The notes: generated by a model from the letters alone, not told the origin. Shown: positions 49,881-62,374, counted from the first letter of the stretch. The stretch: 64,000 nt of DNA from an uncultured Pseudomonadota bacterium (GCA_913058255.1 CAJXQU010000008.1:32479-96478), one strand, 5' to 3'. A program made the numbers and translations.

Positions 49881-50956
49881 GCGTCAAACCAAGGTGGTAC
49901 TTCAAACACAACCATGCCTCCAACAACCAATATCCAAATAATCGTTAGCGGTATAAAAATTTTCCAACCCAAACGCATGATTTGGTCGTATCGATAGCGT
50001 GGGAATGTTGCACGGAACCAAAGAAATAAAAATAGGAAAAAACTAGTTTTTAGCAGTAACCATAAAATCCCAGGAATCCAGTTTGTATATTCTTCAACGA
50101 CACCTAAGCCGATGGCATCGAGACCTTGAAATGGTGAGAGCCAACCACCTAAAAACATAATCGCAGATAACACTGATATTAAGATCATGTTGGCATATTC
50201 GGCCAAGAAGAAAAGTGCAAATGACATGCCCGAATACTCAACGTGAAAGCCTGCAACAATTTCAGACTCACCTTCTGCCACATCAAACGGCGCTCGGTTT
50301 GTTTCTGCAACACCAGAGATAAAATAAATAATAAACAGCGGAAACAATGGCAACCAGAACCAGTTAAGCAAGCTACCTTGCTGAGCCAATACAATCTCGC
50401 TTAGGTTCAAACTCCCTGCGGCAATCAAAACACCTACCAAAGCAAAGCCCATCGCAATTTCATAGGACACGATTTGTGCTGAGGCGCGCATACAGCTTAA
50501 AAATGCATACTTAGAATTTGATGACCAACCCGCGATCAATACGCCATAAACGGCCAGAGAGGTCAGAGCCAGAATGTAAAGCAAGCCAGCATTGATATCA
50601 GCTAGCACCACCAAGTTATCAAAGGGAATAACCGCCCATGCAGCCAAAGCTGGAGCAAGCGTTATAATCGGTCCGAGAAAATATAAAGCCTTATTTGCTT
50701 TAGTCGGCAGAATAATTTCTTTCGATAAGAGTTTCAATGCATCCGCAATCGGTTGCAACCAACCTCGTGGCCCAACACGGTTTGGCCCTATCCGCATTTG
50801 CATATAACCAATGATTTTTCGTTCGGCAAACGTCAAGTAAGCAACACAACCCATGATAGGTAATACGATCGCAACTATCTTGAGTAAGATAATCAAGATC
50901 ATCGGCAGCGGTTCGGGCAACCAAAGCCCAAGCCATGATTGCCATGTAGCTATCAT
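49877..50956 (-). CDS. nuoH: NADH-quinone oxidoreductase subunit H
   Basis: 359-aa polytopic subunit with conserved [12 protein letters not shown]. Confidence 0.92.
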   Translation of the reverse strand: MIATWQSWLGLWLPEPLPMILIILLKIVAIVLPIMGCVAYLTFAERKIIGYMQMRIGPNRVGPRGWLQPIADALKLLSKEIILPTKANKALYFLGPIITLAPALAAWAVIPFDNLVVLADINAGLLYILALTSLAVYGVLIAGWSSNSKYAFLSCMRASAQIVSYEIAMGFALVGVLIAAGSLNLSEIVLAQQGSLLNWFWLPLFPLFIIYFISGVAETNRAPFDVAEGESEIVAGFHVEYSGMSFALFFLAEYANMILISVLSAIMFLGGWLSPFQGLDAIGLGVVEEYTNWIPGILWLLLKTSFFLFLFLWFRATFPRYRYDQIMRLGWKIFIPLTIIWILVVGGMVVFEVPPWFDA

Positions 50957-53316
50957 TTGACCTTCTCCAATACAAATTGGCCTGGCTTAATTCCAAAGTC
51001 AGGTTCCGGCTTGTAACCACGTCGCCACAGTGCACATGTCTTGGGAAGTGAGTCATCGATAACGCTTTTTAATACAACCGATTGACTACCCTGTTTAATA
51101 TTGATCTGTCCACCAGCTTTTATATCAAGTTGAGTCGCTAATGAAGAATGTATGTGTAAAACACTCTCTTCGAGATTCTCCATTTTCTGCAAAGCCGCCG
51201 CTCGACGAACTAAAGGATCCGTGAAATAGACTGGCGTATCGAAAACTAACTCAATTCCACGCTCTTCGGCTTTGATCTCTTTGGGGAAAACCCACTTGCC
51301 TTTGTTATCGAGAACAATATCTTTGTTCAGCTGTTTAACTTCAGTAAGAATTTCTTCAGAAGAATCATAATCAAATCCTTCTAGATCAAATAAGTTACCC
51401 AGAACTCGTAAGATCTTCCACCCAGGCCGTGCCTCACCGTGAGGTTTAACCGCTCCCGAAAAACTTTGCCAAGTTCCTTCCGCATTGACGAAAGTTCCTG
51501 ATGTTTCAGCAAACAAACCCATTGGTAAGATCACGTCAGCATACAGCATCATTTTTTCTGAACGGAAACCGAACATTGATACGACAAATTCTGCCGATCG
51601 TAACGCCCTATCTGCAGCAACTGAAGTCAGGCTATCAAGTTCAGGCTCTGTACCGAGCAATACATACGCCCGCATACGTTCTTCAAACATGGCTCGTGCA
51701 TTTTCACCAGAATATTTCGTTGGTTTACCACCGGCTTCTCGGTGAGGCAGTACGCCTGCAAGCCAAGCGCCACAAGTATTTGCTGCTTCAGGAAAATAAC
51801 CTAAGCTCGATCCACTTAGCTCTGCAATCATGCCTGCCAAAGCTCGAATCTTACTAGCATTCGGATAGGCTGATGCGATATGCCCAAGAAGAATGGTTGA
51901 CTGTTCTCCGTCACGTAGGCTTTCAGCAATAATTTTTTGTTCACGTGTTGCCTCGACATTATGCAACAACGCTTCAACTTCGGGAGTTGAACCTTCTTCT
52001 GATAGCGCCTTGACGATCCCAGCAAGTACTGATTCTGTCGCAGAAGGTGATTGAATTAATCGCCCTACAGCTTCCCAGTTGAAATCAAAATCCGCTGGGT
52101 TAACCACAAAAATTTCAGCACCATGATCAGCTGCTTTGTGGATTCTATAATTGATCAAAGGTAACTCTTGTCGAACATTACTGCCGATAATCAAAGCTGA
52201 ATCTAATTCCTCAAGATCTGCAATCCTCTGACCTAACCATGGAAAATCTGGTAACTCATTCTGATCCGTGAAATCAGCCTGCATAAGCCGATGATCAATA
52301 TTGTGACAGCCTATGCCACGTAATAATTTCTGAAACAAGTACAACTCTTCTAAAGTACAGGTTGGCGAGGCTAACGCACCAATACGGGAACTAATAACTT
52401 TTTTTAGCCCGTCGACAGCAAATTTTAATGCGGTTTCCCAATCAGTTTCCTGCCACACACCATTAGCCTTGATCATCGGCTTGCTTAATCGATCGGGACT
52501 ATTTAACCCTTCGTAACTGAAGCGATCACGATCAGAAATCCAAACTTCATTAATCGCTTCGTTTTCTTTAGGAACCACACGTTTGACGATATTTCCTTTG
52601 ACATGAATATGAACATTCGAACCAATCGCATCATGTGGAGCAATACTGTCATGCTGGCGTAATTCCCAAGCTCTTGCAGAATATCGATACGGTTTTGATG
52701 TCAGTGCACCAACTGGACAAAGATCAATGATGTTGCCAGAAAGCTCTGAGTTCACCGCTTTTTCAATGTAGGTGCCGATCTGCATATCTTCGCCACGACC
52801 AGTCGCCCCAATTTCACGCATACCCGCAACTTCGTCGCCAAAACGGACACAACGTGTGCAATGAATACATCGTGTGAAATCTGTTTGAATTAACGGGCCA
52901 ATATCTTGATCTTTCGCGATCCTTTTTTGCTCAGAATAACGAGAAACATCATCCCCATAACCCATCGCGACATCTTGTAGCTCGCACTCACCACCTTGAT
53001 CACATATTGGGCAATCTAGCGGATGATTGATCAATAAGAATTCCATCGTCGATTTTTGACCTTCTTTGGCCAACTTCGACTGGGTAAAAACCTTCATACC
53101 TTCCATAACGGGTGTCGCACAAGCGGGCACCGGCTTGGGAGCTTTTTCTACTTCAACCAAACACATTCTACAATTTGCAGCGACAGATAATTTCTTGTGG
53201 TAACAAAAGCGAGGAACACTAACTCCGGCCTCATCAGTCGCTTGGATCAGCATAGAACCTTTACGAACATGGACTTCTTTACCATCCACTTCAATCGTGA
53301 CAAGTTGATCAGGCAT
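50953..53316 (-). CDS. nuoG: NADH-quinone oxidoreductase subunit G
   Basis: 787 aa. N-terminal 2Fe-2S and 4Fe-4S Cys clusters ([36 protein letters not shown]) and a molybdopterin-oxidoreductase-like C-terminal part. Confidence 0.92.
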   Translation of the reverse strand: MPDQLVTIEVDGKEVHVRKGSMLIQATDEAGVSVPRFCYHKKLSVAANCRMCLVEVEKAPKPVPACATPVMEGMKVFTQSKLAKEGQKSTMEFLLINHPLDCPICDQGGECELQDVAMGYGDDVSRYSEQKRIAKDQDIGPLIQTDFTRCIHCTRCVRFGDEVAGMREIGATGRGEDMQIGTYIEKAVNSELSGNIIDLCPVGALTSKPYRYSARAWELRQHDSIAPHDAIGSNVHIHVKGNIVKRVVPKENEAINEVWISDRDRFSYEGLNSPDRLSKPMIKANGVWQETDWETALKFAVDGLKKVISSRIGALASPTCTLEELYLFQKLLRGIGCHNIDHRLMQADFTDQNELPDFPWLGQRIADLEELDSALIIGSNVRQELPLINYRIHKAADHGAEIFVVNPADFDFNWEAVGRLIQSPSATESVLAGIVKALSEEGSTPEVEALLHNVEATREQKIIAESLRDGEQSTILLGHIASAYPNASKIRALAGMIAELSGSSLGYFPEAANTCGAWLAGVLPHREAGGKPTKYSGENARAMFEERMRAYVLLGTEPELDSLTSVAADRALRSAEFVVSMFGFRSEKMMLYADVILPMGLFAETSGTFVNAEGTWQSFSGAVKPHGEARPGWKILRVLGNLFDLEGFDYDSSEEILTEVKQLNKDIVLDNKGKWVFPKEIKAEERGIELVFDTPVYFTDPLVRRAAALQKMENLEESVLHIHSSLATQLDIKAGGQINIKQGSQSVVLKSVIDDSLPKTCALWRRGYKPEPDFGIKPGQFVLEKVK

Positions 53317-54640
53317 TGGTCATTTTCTCCCCAGATTGTTCCGGATTGCCTGTCACCATGCTGTAACCATGTTTGATGTAGTGCTCAAATTCAGGCATAA
53401 AATGTTTTAGCATACCTTGTACGGGCATAGCAGCCGCATCACCTAACGCACAAATTGTTCGACCCGCAATTTTACCAGCAATATCTTCCAGCTTATCCAG
53501 ATCACCCATTTGACCTTTACCTTCAACGATCCGCGTTAACATCCGATATAACCAACCAGTACCTTCACGGCAAGGCGTACATTGCCCACAGGACTCTGCA
53601 TAATAAAATCGTGATAAACGCTGTAAGACCTTAACCATATCTGTGCTGTCATCCATGACGATCACAGCTCCAGATCCCAGCATAGAACCGATCTTAGAGA
53701 TCGAATCATAATCCATGGTCACGCCCATTATTGTCTCTGCAGGAACAACAGGTACTGATGAGCCTCCAGGGATAACTGCCTTAAGAGTACTTCCTTCTCT
53801 CATCCCTCCAGCCAGCTTCAACAAATCTTTAAATGATGTTCCCATCGGGATCTCAAAATTACCCGGATTCGCTACATGACCACTAACTGAAAAGATTTTT
53901 GTACCGCCATTGTTTGATATCCCGACACCAGAAAACCAATCAGACCCTTTACGTAAAATAGTTGGAACAGATGCTAGAGATTCGGTGTTATTAACGGTGG
54001 TTGGTCTACCATAAAGACCATGACTAGCAGGAAATGGTGGTTTAAATCGAGGCTGACCTTTTTTGCCTTCAAGTGATTCTAAAAGTGCGGTTTCTTCACC
54101 ACAAATATATGCGCCTGCGCCAAGCGTTGGATATAGATCAAAGTCGATCCTACTATCCTTGATATTTTTACCTAATAAACCATATTGGTAAGCTTCGCGT
54201 ACCGCATGCTCAAAACGTTTAAAAGGCTCATCCATAAATTCACCACGCATGTAGTTATAAGCAACACTTGCCCCGATCGCATAACTAGCGATTGCCATGC
54301 CTTCAACTAATGCGTGAGGGTTAAACCTTAAAATATCTCGATCTTTACATGTACCTGGCTCGCTTTCGTCCGAGTTACAAACGAGATAATTTTGCATCCC
54401 AATGCGTGGCATAAAGCTCCACTTCACACCTGTAGGAAAGCCCGCGCCACCACGTCCACGTAATCCAGACTCTTTGATATTTTCAATAATTTCTTCTGGT
54501 GGAATTTTTTCTTCTATAATTTTATTCCACGCTTCATAACCGCCAATCGAAATATAATTCTTCATCAACCATGGCTCGTCGAACTGCAACGTTTCATAAC
54601 AAGTCTGGTTTAAAATTATATCCTTCACGTCGTTACTCAT
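53309..54640 (-). CDS. nuoF: NADH-quinone oxidoreductase subunit F (NADH/FMN binding)
   Basis: 443 aa with [26 protein letters not shown] and [12 protein letters not shown]. Confidence 0.94.
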   Translation of the reverse strand: MSNDVKDIILNQTCYETLQFDEPWLMKNYISIGGYEAWNKIIEEKIPPEEIIENIKESGLRGRGGAGFPTGVKWSFMPRIGMQNYLVCNSDESEPGTCKDRDILRFNPHALVEGMAIASYAIGASVAYNYMRGEFMDEPFKRFEHAVREAYQYGLLGKNIKDSRIDFDLYPTLGAGAYICGEETALLESLEGKKGQPRFKPPFPASHGLYGRPTTVNNTESLASVPTILRKGSDWFSGVGISNNGGTKIFSVSGHVANPGNFEIPMGTSFKDLLKLAGGMREGSTLKAVIPGGSSVPVVPAETIMGVTMDYDSISKIGSMLGSGAVIVMDDSTDMVKVLQRLSRFYYAESCGQCTPCREGTGWLYRMLTRIVEGKGQMGDLDKLEDIAGKIAGRTICALGDAAAMPVQGMLKHFMPEFEHYIKHGYSMVTGNPEQSGEKMTNA

Positions 54641-55134
54641 TCCAACTTATCCAGAATTTCGTCAATCTGTTTCGTGGTTAGCTTTTCATAAAAAACATGA
54701 TCAACCATCATCATCGGTGCACCACAACATGCAGCCAAACATTCTTCTTCCCGCTTTAGATAAATGCGGTCATCTTTTGTACTTTCACCCGTTTTAATAC
54801 CCAGTTTATTTTCGACATGCTCAACTAACTCATCAGCCCCATTTAACATGCAAGAAATGTTGTTGCATATGGAAACACTATGCCGGCCAACAGGCTCCGT
54901 TTCTAACATAGAGTAAAAACTAGCAACCTCATAAACAGCGATCTTGCTTAAACCCAAGTATTCAGCAACGGCATCCATCAACTCTACTGTTAAGAATCCT
55001 CGGTTTTCATGCTGTACTTCTTGCAAAGAGCCTATTACTGCAGACTGCCTCTGGTCAGCAGGAAACTTTGCTAACAATTTCTCAATCACTTCAACCGCAT
55101 GTTCGGATAAAATTGAAGCGGTTCTTTCCATCAT
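54637..55134 (-). CDS. nuoE: NADH-quinone oxidoreductase subunit E (2Fe-2S)
   Basis: 165 aa with thioredoxin-like 2Fe-2S Cys pattern (CNNISC...CLAACCGAP). Confidence 0.9.
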   Translation of the reverse strand: MMERTASILSEHAVEVIEKLLAKFPADQRQSAVIGSLQEVQHENRGFLTVELMDAVAEYLGLSKIAVYEVASFYSMLETEPVGRHSVSICNNISCMLNGADELVEHVENKLGIKTGESTKDDRIYLKREEECLAACCGAPMMMVDHVFYEKLTTKQIDEILDKLE

Positions 55135-56390
55135 CGATCAATCTCCCCGAATACAATATCTTGCGTCCCGATCACAGCCACAACATCAGCTAACATATGT
55201 CCTTTTACCATCTCATTAATTGCCGCAATATGGGCAAAACCAGCTGCGCGAATTTTCACTCGGTAAGGCTTATTAGCACCATCTGAGATTAGGTAAATTC
55301 CAAACTCACCTTTAGGATGTTCGATAGCTGAATAAACCTCGCCTTCTGGTACACAATATCCTTCTGTAAAAAGTTTAAAGTGATGAATTAATGATTCCAT
55401 CCCCTCTTTCATATCTTCACGCTTTGGAGGCGTTAATTTGTGATCATCCAAAATAACCGAGCCCGGATTCTCACGCAGCCAATCAACACACTGCTTTATA
55501 ATACGATTTGACTGACGCATTTCTTCGATACGTACTAGGTAGCGATCATAGCAATCACCATTGGTTCCAACGGCAATATCAAAGTCCATCTGATCGTAGA
55601 CTTCATAAGGTTGTTTTTTACGCAGATCCCATTCGATACCAGAACCTCTAAGCATGGGCCCAGAAAAGCCCATTTGCTTCGCACGTTCTGGACTGACAAT
55701 ACCGATATCAACGGTACGTTGTTTCCAGATACGGTTATCCGTCAAAAGGGTTTCATATTCATCAACACAGGCTGGAAAGCGCTTCACAAAATCATCAATA
55801 AAATCTAGCAAACTACCCTGTCGGTTTTCATTGAGCTTTTTAATTCGACGCTTACCTTTCCATTTTGACTCTTCATATTGAGCCATGGAATCAGGCAAAT
55901 CACGATAAACACCACCGGGACGATAATAGGTAGCATGCATCCGGGTGCCTGAGACAGCCTCGTAACAATCCATCAGATCTTCACGTTCGCGGAAACAATA
56001 AAGAAACATGGTCATTGCGCCAACGTCGAGCGCATGTGTTCCTAACCACATAAGGTGATTTAAAATGCGCGTAATTTCATCAAACATCACACGTATATAT
56101 TGAGCACGAATGGGAGCCTCAATATTAAGTAGCTTTTCGATTGCGTTAACGTAAGCGTGTTCATTACACATCATCGATACATAGTCGAGCCGATCCATAT
56201 AACCGATACTTTGGTTGTATGGCTTACTTTCTGCAAGTTTTTCAGTACCTCGGTGTAACAGGCCGACATGTGGATCAGCTCGTTCAATCACCTCACCATC
56301 CATTTCGAGGATCAGGCGTAAAACACCATGAGCGGCAGGATGCTGCGGCCCAAAGTTGAGCGTCATATTTTTAATTTCAGGCATCGTCAT
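55131..56390 (-). CDS. nuoD: NADH-quinone oxidoreductase subunit D (separate from NuoC)
   Basis: 419 aa with [15 protein letters not shown] and C-terminal DIVFGEIDR. Confidence 0.94.
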   Translation of the reverse strand: MTMPEIKNMTLNFGPQHPAAHGVLRLILEMDGEVIERADPHVGLLHRGTEKLAESKPYNQSIGYMDRLDYVSMMCNEHAYVNAIEKLLNIEAPIRAQYIRVMFDEITRILNHLMWLGTHALDVGAMTMFLYCFREREDLMDCYEAVSGTRMHATYYRPGGVYRDLPDSMAQYEESKWKGKRRIKKLNENRQGSLLDFIDDFVKRFPACVDEYETLLTDNRIWKQRTVDIGIVSPERAKQMGFSGPMLRGSGIEWDLRKKQPYEVYDQMDFDIAVGTNGDCYDRYLVRIEEMRQSNRIIKQCVDWLRENPGSVILDDHKLTPPKREDMKEGMESLIHHFKLFTEGYCVPEGEVYSAIEHPKGEFGIYLISDGANKPYRVKIRAAGFAHIAAINEMVKGHMLADVVAVIGTQDIVFGEIDR

Positions 56391-57075
56391 TCTCCTCAGA
56401 TGCCTTCACTCCAAAATGATTATCAACTCTGATAACCCGTGGAACTAGAACTCGACTTTCAATCGTGACAGGTTGATAAACCACACGACCTTTTTCTTCG
56501 TCGTAACGAACCTCTACATTACCTTCCAAAGGAAAATCCTTTCTAAATGGGTGCCCAATAAAGCCATAATCGGTTAGTAAACGACGTAAATCTGGATGAC
56601 CATCAAATAGAATACCGAAGAGATCAAAAGCTTCTCTTTCATACCAATCCGCCGAATTCCATATGGAAACAACTGAGGGAACAATGGGTGGCTCACCTGA
56701 GGTAAAGACTCGTAAACGCAGACGTTGGTTGTGATTTAAAGACAATAGTTGGTAGACAACAGCGAACCTTCTTTCATCATCCACTTTCTCTGCTTCATCA
56801 ACCGAAACACCTCGGCTAAAACCTGAGCTTGTTGCGCCCTGTGTTTGCCAATCAGTTTCACCATAAGTAGAAAAATCGACACCACAAAGATCCATTAATT
56901 GATCAAAGGCAAATGACGTTTCATCTCGCAGTGCTGTTGCGACTTCTAATATTGCAGCAACGGGAACGTCCATAATAACTTGCTCGACACAGCTATCACA
57001 GATCACCGAGAACTCAGAGAATCGTTGCTCTAATTGGTCAGACAATTTTTTTATGCTGGCTTCAGTGGCTGGCAT
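56377..57075 (-). CDS. nuoC: NADH-quinone oxidoreductase subunit C
   Basis: 232 aa with [22 protein letters not shown]. Confidence 0.9.
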   Translation of the reverse strand: MPATEASIKKLSDQLEQRFSEFSVICDSCVEQVIMDVPVAAILEVATALRDETSFAFDQLMDLCGVDFSTYGETDWQTQGATSSGFSRGVSVDEAEKVDDERRFAVVYQLLSLNHNQRLRLRVFTSGEPPIVPSVVSIWNSADWYEREAFDLFGILFDGHPDLRRLLTDYGFIGHPFRKDFPLEGNVEVRYDEEKGRVVYQPVTIESRVLVPRVIRVDNHFGVKASEENDDA

Positions 57076-57086
57076 GGTTGAGTAAT

Positions 57087-57575
57087 TTATCCTTGTGCAG
57101 GACGGGCAATGGTATTTGTCCGTTTAATTTTTTTCTGTAATTGTATAATTCCATAAAGCAAAGCTTCTGCTGTTGGAGGACAACCGGGTACATATACATC
57201 AACGGGGACAATTCGATCACAGCCCCTTACAACGGAATAAGAATAGTGATAATAGCCACCACCATTCGCGCATGAGCCCATTGAGATAACCCAACGTGGC
57301 TCTGCCATTTGGTCGTAAACTTTTCGTAAAGCAGGAGCCATTTTATTAACCAACGTTCCAGCAACGATCATGACATCAGACTGACGAGGACTGGGCCGAA
57401 AGACAACCCCAAAACGATCCATATCGTAACGAGAGGCTCCAGCCTGCATCATCTCAACAGCACAACAAGCCAAACCAAATGTCATCGGCCATAAAGAGCC
57501 TGTACGTGCCCAATTAACAACACTATCGACCGATGTCGTGACATATCCCTTTTCCAGTACGCCTTCTATTCCCAT
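57087..57575 (-). CDS. nuoB: NADH-quinone oxidoreductase subunit B (N2 cluster)
   Basis: 162 aa with [18 protein letters not shown] and CPP. Confidence 0.94.
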   Translation of the reverse strand: MGIEGVLEKGYVTTSVDSVVNWARTGSLWPMTFGLACCAVEMMQAGASRYDMDRFGVVFRPSPRQSDVMIVAGTLVNKMAPALRKVYDQMAEPRWVISMGSCANGGGYYHYSYSVVRGCDRIVPVDVYVPGCPPTAEALLYGIIQLQKKIKRTNTIARPAQG

Positions 57576-57922
57576 TCAAGAGCCCCTTTTTTCCACTCAT
57601 AAATAAAGCCGATTACTAAAATCCCTAGAAAGATTATCATGGCGATAAATCCAAACATGCCTAGTTCATCGAGCACGGTCGCCCACGGAAATAAAAATGC
57701 GATTTCTAAGTCAAAAATAATAAAAAGAATAGCGACCAGATAATAACGAACGTCAAACTTCATTCGTGCATCTTCAAATGCTTCAAAGCCACATTCATAA
57801 GGAGAGTTTTTTTCGGTGTTGGGTTTTGTCGGGCTGATAAAATGCCCAAGAGTTAGAGATACAATACCGATGGCTGTAGAAACACCAAGAAAGATTAGAA
57901 CCGGTATGTATTGTTCAAGCAT
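57566..57922 (-). CDS. nuoA: NADH-quinone oxidoreductase subunit A
   Basis: 118 aa with three TM helices and YECGF. Confidence 0.9.
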   Translation of the reverse strand: MLEQYIPVLIFLGVSTAIGIVSLTLGHFISPTKPNTEKNSPYECGFEAFEDARMKFDVRYYLVAILFIIFDLEIAFLFPWATVLDELGMFGFIAMIIFLGILVIGFIYEWKKGALEWE

Positions 57923-58026
57923 TATAGTTACCTATTTATGACTCAGAACTCTAGAACTTCATGTTAATAAGCATCATTTTTTATAACAATATCACATAAG
58001 GAAACAGTGATATTCTTTTAAAGAAA

Positions 58027-58111
58027 TGGTGCCGATGGCCGGAGTCGAACCGGCACGGCTTTCGCCACTACCCCCTCAAGATAGCGTGTCTACCAATTCC
58101 ACCACATCGGC
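58027..58111 (-). tRNA. leuU: tRNA-Leu (anticodon GAG)
   Basis: The minus strand reads GCCGATGTGGTGGAATTGGTAGACACGCTATCTTGAGGGGGTAGTGGCGAAAGCCGTGCCGGTTCGACTCCGGCCATCGGCACCA. It has a 7-bp acceptor stem, anticodon loop CTTGAGG, a long variable arm, a T-loop GGTTCGA and an encoded CCA. Position downstream of secG matches E. coli secG-leuU. Confidence 0.92.
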
Positions 58112-58147
58112 AATTCTAATTTCAATCTTAGCTTATTGTTTTTTCTA

Positions 58148-58546
58148 TTACTGAGGGACTACCGGCATATCTAACTGTTCCGCTTGTTCTACAGAAACAG
58201 GAAGATCGTCTATAGCTGCTTGAGGCAAATCGGCTTCTATCACCTCAGGATTTATCATATTTGGATTGACAGCATCTATCATTTCAACTTTTTCCATTAA
58301 GCTTTCTTTTTCCACACCAGTTGTTGACAGGTATGACAGAAAAAAACTATTGGAAAAAAATACAAATGCCAAAATTCCCGTCGCTCGGGTCAGAAATGAA
58401 GTTGACCCTGATGAACCAAAAACAGTCGATGAAGCCCCGCTTCCAAAAGCGGCCCCAGCATCCGCACCTTTACCATGCTGAATCAAGATCAACCCGATCA
58501 AGGTAAGTGCCATTAATATATGAACTATCAATAAAATCGACTGCAT
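58148..58546 (-). CDS. secG: Preprotein translocase subunit SecG
   Basis: 132 aa. Two TM helices flanking the Gly-rich loop QHGKGADAGAAFGSGASSTVFGSSG. Lies in a tpiA-secG-tRNA-Leu context. Confidence 0.87.
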   Translation of the reverse strand: MQSILLIVHILMALTLIGLILIQHGKGADAGAAFGSGASSTVFGSSGSTSFLTRATGILAFVFFSNSFFLSYLSTTGVEKESLMEKVEMIDAVNPNMINPEVIEADLPQAAIDDLPVSVEQAEQLDMPVVPQ

Positions 58547-58571
58547 TACTTACTCCGTTATGACGCGCTAA

Positions 58572-59330
58572 TTAATTAGCTGCGCGACAAATTTCTAGAA
58601 AATCTTCTGACTTGAGAGCTGCACCACCGATCAGGCCACCATCAATATCATTCATCGCAAAAATTTCTTTAGCGTTGTCAGGCTTTACGCTACCACCGTA
58701 TAAAATACGAACCTGCTCCGCGACTACTCGTTCTTGCTCATATTCAGCAACAATATCCCGAATAAAGCGATGCACCTCTTGTGCCTGCTCTGGGCTAGCG
58801 GTCAATCCTGTTCCTATGGCCCATACTGGCTCATAAGCAATAACAGCATTTTCAAAACCTATCGCACCAACTTTTTCTAAGACGGTCCTTAATTGTTCTT
58901 CTATCACAGCTTCTGTTCTATCGTTCTCACGATCTTCCAGCTGCTCTCCAACGCACAAAATTGGTGCTAAACCTTGTTTTTGGCTCTGGATAAATTTATC
59001 CGTAACTAACTCACTCGTTTCTCCATACAAACTACGTCGTTCAGAATGTCCTAGAATAACAAAGTCGCAAGCAAAATCATTAAGCATTTTGCAAGATATT
59101 TCACCCGTGAAAGCACCCGCTTCTTCACTTGAAACATTTTGACCGCCTAATAATATCGATGTGCCCTTTACGAGCTCTGACACATTCGCAATATATATAG
59201 CAGGTGGACAGACAGAAACTTCAACATTCTCTATTCCTGCTAACCCTTGTTTAATTCCTTCAACAAGTGGTTTGATACTCTCCAGAGTACCATTCATTTT
59301 CCAATTTCCTGCAACTAACGGTTTACGCAA
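58572..59330 (-). CDS. tpiA: Triosephosphate isomerase
   Basis: 252 aa with VAGNWKMNG, ILGHSERR and AYEPVWAIGTG. Confidence 0.94.
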   Translation of the reverse strand: MRKPLVAGNWKMNGTLESIKPLVEGIKQGLAGIENVEVSVCPPAIYIANVSELVKGTSILLGGQNVSSEEAGAFTGEISCKMLNDFACDFVILGHSERRSLYGETSELVTDKFIQSQKQGLAPILCVGEQLEDRENDRTEAVIEEQLRTVLEKVGAIGFENAVIAYEPVWAIGTGLTASPEQAQEVHRFIRDIVAEYEQERVVAEQVRILYGGSVKPDNAKEIFAMNDIDGGLIGGAALKSEDFLEICRAAN

Positions 59331-59507
59331 TTTATTCTCACCTCATGTGGAAAAGATAGCGGCAGGAAGCATACAGCGAGCGAGGCTGGAAATCAATTCT
59401 CTAGACTTTTATTTTCCTTTAAACTTTCAGTTTATATGAAAAAACAATACCGCAAGAAGAAGCCTTAAGAAGGCTATCAATTAACGTTCCTGTCTACTCG
59501 CTAGTTT

Positions 59508-60209
59508 TTACTTTGGAACAAGGCTTTTTATCTTAGAAGGAAGCTCTTTTGCGCTCTCGATCCAAGCGACGACTGTTTCAGTATCGGGCACTGATTGTAG
59601 TGTATGCTCTTCTGTATTAACTCTCGCCATGATAGCGGTTAGCGTCGCTCCTTTTTGACGAGCCATTTCGCCGACAGAAGCGATTCCTGAAGCCTCTAAT
59701 AATTCAGCATATCGTCCACGAACTCCTGGAATACGCATCAAGTCAGACATACTGACCCATTTTCCAACAACAAATGGTTCCACCTTCACATGTTTCGCTG
59801 TTTCTGTTTGCCGTGATGATTCACAACACTGGTTGAGTAACTGTTCGGTATTTTCGATTCGAGCAGCGCGTAGTCTATTGCCATAGGTAGTACCGACACC
59901 TTCAATCTCTTCAACGGGGTAAGGCCAAAGTGATCGCAAGCCACCTGTATCCAGCTTAACGGCAGCATAACCAGATGTAGCCCCATTTACTTCCGTTTCA
60001 TTTTCTAACGAGCTGCTATTTTGATCATTGTATTTAGACTTATAACTATCCCTATCAGCTTGAAGGTGTCCAAGTGCTACTCTATGACTGTTTTCCGTTG
60101 CAGCAAGGTTTCTATCGCTTGATACTTTCTTGATCCACCACCCAACAAATACTCCGACTATCGCCGCCAATAGGAGGTAAATTAACATTTCATTGATCAG
60201 ATACAACAT
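59508..60209 (-). CDS. Membrane-anchored DUF4332-like protein (tandem helix-hairpin-helix-type repeats)
   Basis: 233 aa. N-terminal TM helix. Repeats VEEIEGVGTTYGNRLRAARIENTEQLL and LMRIPGVRGRYAELLEASGIASVGEMA. Confidence 0.55.
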   Translation of the reverse strand: MLYLINEMLIYLLLAAIVGVFVGWWIKKVSSDRNLAATENSHRVALGHLQADRDSYKSKYNDQNSSSLENETEVNGATSGYAAVKLDTGGLRSLWPYPVEEIEGVGTTYGNRLRAARIENTEQLLNQCCESSRQTETAKHVKVEPFVVGKWVSMSDLMRIPGVRGRYAELLEASGIASVGEMARQKGATLTAIMARVNTEEHTLQSVPDTETVVAWIESAKELPSKIKSLVPK

Positions 60210-60212
60210 CCG

Positions 60213-61415
60213 CTATTTTCCTTCCACTTTAAATTCTATACGCCGATTTCTAGCCATACCTTTAACAGTATTATTATCAGCGATCGGCATAAGTTCTCCA
60301 TAACCTTTTGCACTAAGTTTATTTGCATTGATACCATGTTTTTTTAGATAAGCAACAACAGCCTTCGCACGTGATTCGCTCAACCTCTGGTTGTATGCCC
60401 TGAGACCTCGGCTATCAGTATGTCCACCAACCTCAACACTAAACTCCGCGCATCCCTTCGCTATGGTAACAAGCTGATCAAGCAGACCGTGACTTCTGAG
60501 CTTGATAGCAGCTTTATTCGTATCAAACAAAATCCGTTTGCCGGCCAAAGCTTCATTAAACTGCCTCTGACAAGGAACCTTCAACTCTGATGTTTTTGTT
60601 ACTACAGGAGCAGCCTGCGGTTCTGCGACGATAGGTTCTAGTACTGATTCGCTTATTTTTATATCAAACCGAGCAATATACGTTTGCCCAATACCCTCAG
60701 CCACATCAGCCTTAACCCTTTCCACTAGCTCTTCTGACGCCGTTGTGCCTGAAAGAGTCAAGGTATTATCGACCATCGAAGCTTGCCCTTTACTAAACAT
60801 AACTAAATTTGCCAGTGCCGTTTCTACGGTGTTATGCCAGCCTTGTGGAGCACCATAAGAAACACGAAGTTGATCTTCAACATTATCTTCACCAAAGGTT
60901 TCTTTGGCCTTATTTAACAGCCACAAATGAGATACTTCGTCAGCCACAACTCCTGTTAGTGTGATTGCTCCACTCTTATAAGAAAAATCCGTACGGTACG
61001 GGCTTTCCGCTACAGGAAATAAAATAGCTGGTTGAGGCTCTTCAGCCATGTAGGCCTCGATTGGTTCGGCTTCAACAACCTCAGCATTTTCCTCAACATC
61101 AGGTACTTGAGCTTCAAACTCATCTTCTTTTATCTTATCTAAATCAAGCTGGTTAACGACACTACGTACACCAAAAACTTTACCTGCAATATCAGCGGCC
61201 AAGTTCTTTTCTCTAACGTTTGGAGCTATTCCTGAGAGATAAATATCACGGCCATCAACACCAACTAGAGCAAAACTCTTGCCACTATTGGTCAGTGCTT
61301 GTTGAGTACGCGTTGCTATGTCATCCTCAATACGAGGTGTGTTTGTATATATGCAAAAGCGGGCAAGAATTGACAATGCAACCAAGCCGAGCAATATAAT
61401 AAGGAACCTGCTCAT
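60213..61415 (-). CDS. OmpA-family peptidoglycan-binding protein with BON-like domains
   Basis: 400 aa. N-terminal anchor, BON-like segments (...GRDIYLSGIAPNVREKNLAADIAGKVFGVRSVVNQL...) and a C-terminal OmpA domain GGHTDSRGLRAYNQRLSESRAKAV...ARNRRIEF. Confidence 0.8.
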   Translation of the reverse strand: MSRFLIILLGLVALSILARFCIYTNTPRIEDDIATRTQQALTNSGKSFALVGVDGRDIYLSGIAPNVREKNLAADIAGKVFGVRSVVNQLDLDKIKEDEFEAQVPDVEENAEVVEAEPIEAYMAEEPQPAILFPVAESPYRTDFSYKSGAITLTGVVADEVSHLWLLNKAKETFGEDNVEDQLRVSYGAPQGWHNTVETALANLVMFSKGQASMVDNTLTLSGTTASEELVERVKADVAEGIGQTYIARFDIKISESVLEPIVAEPQAAPVVTKTSELKVPCQRQFNEALAGKRILFDTNKAAIKLRSHGLLDQLVTIAKGCAEFSVEVGGHTDSRGLRAYNQRLSESRAKAVVAYLKKHGINANKLSAKGYGELMPIADNNTVKGMARNRRIEFKVEGK

Positions 61416-61564
61416 TACTTCCCCCTTCAGGATCTATAAACGGTTATTATTCTTAGTCTGATATCCAGAATTAGCGTGGGAATAAATTGTGTCATTTCAT
61501 CACAACATACAGTCATATTGCCTTTTTTTCAAAGGCTGATCAAGCAGTTCCCCTAGGACGGGAA

Positions 61565-62374
61565 TTAATTATTTACCGTAAAGACCTTCTCAAACTTCCG
61601 ACCTTTAGAATCTTCCATTTCAGCTTTTAACTCCCCTCCTTGCCCGGGGTTAAAGAAAAATCTAAAACTTGGATCTTGACTAATAGAAATATCAGTTTCA
61701 GCAGTCATAATGTGTTTTTCATTAAAACTAATCATAACTTTGGTAACGTAATCCGCAGGGATAATCGCTCGCGTTCTTTGATCAAGCTGTAGTCCATTCA
61801 CATTCGGATGCCTGATACGAAGCTGCCCTAACAGCCCATCGTTATTTTCAGAATCTACGGATCGGAAATTCATCTCACCAATATGTTCCTTCGCCGCCTG
61901 AAGCTCTAAAAAAGGTGGCGGCAAAGAGCACCCTCCACTCGCGCGAACAAATTTAGCATCCATAAACAGCTCACCATTATTCAGCTCTGCAACAGCACGT
62001 ACATTGGTGTATTGATCAATCCTAATCCGCATAGCAAGATCAGCACGTCCCATGGCAGGGGTAAGATGAAATGTGCCTGCTAAAGGCACCGGATTATTAT
62101 CAGCGAATAAATACAATGTCTTAATATAACGTTCAGCCGTTTGTGGTATTTGGGCATTAATACTAACAGGTACAACACTGGCATCTTCCGCTCGATACGG
62201 AACCGTTAGTTTGACGATGGACTCACTTATCGTAATAAGTCTCTCTTGAAAGTGTTTCTGACGGATGAAAGTGGTCCAGACATCTAGTTCAGATCGCTCC
62301 TCAGCTATACTTAAAAGTGGAAAAGTACTTGATACTGCCAGTAAACCCAGCAAATAGATCCGTAACCACTTCAT
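61565..62374 (-). CDS. Periplasmic SoxY/SoxZ-fusion-like thiol carrier, paralog 2
   Basis: 269 aa. Signal peptide. PYRAEDASVVPVSI, RASGGCSLPPP (Cys149) and C-terminal DPSFRFFFNP all align with the paralog at 31657-32526. Confidence 0.65.
   Translation of the reverse strand: MKWLRIYLLGLLAVSSTFPLLSIAEERSELDVWTTFIRQKHFQERLITISESIVKLTVPYRAEDASVVPVSINAQIPQTAERYIKTLYLFADNNPVPLAGTFHLTPAMGRADLAMRIRIDQYTNVRAVAELNNGELFMDAKFVRASGGCSLPPPFLELQAAKEHIGEMNFRSVDSENNDGLLGQLRIRHPNVNGLQLDQRTRAIIPADYVTKVMISFNEKHIMTAETDISISQDPSFRFFFNPGQGGELKAEMEDSKGRKFEKVFTVNN

Noticed and set aside
57980-58020. AATATCAC-N11-GTGATATT hairpin between tRNA-Leu and nuoA as a terminator
   Set aside because: The stem is short (8 bp) and AT-rich, and no U-tract follows on the transcribed (minus) strand. 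It could be incidental.
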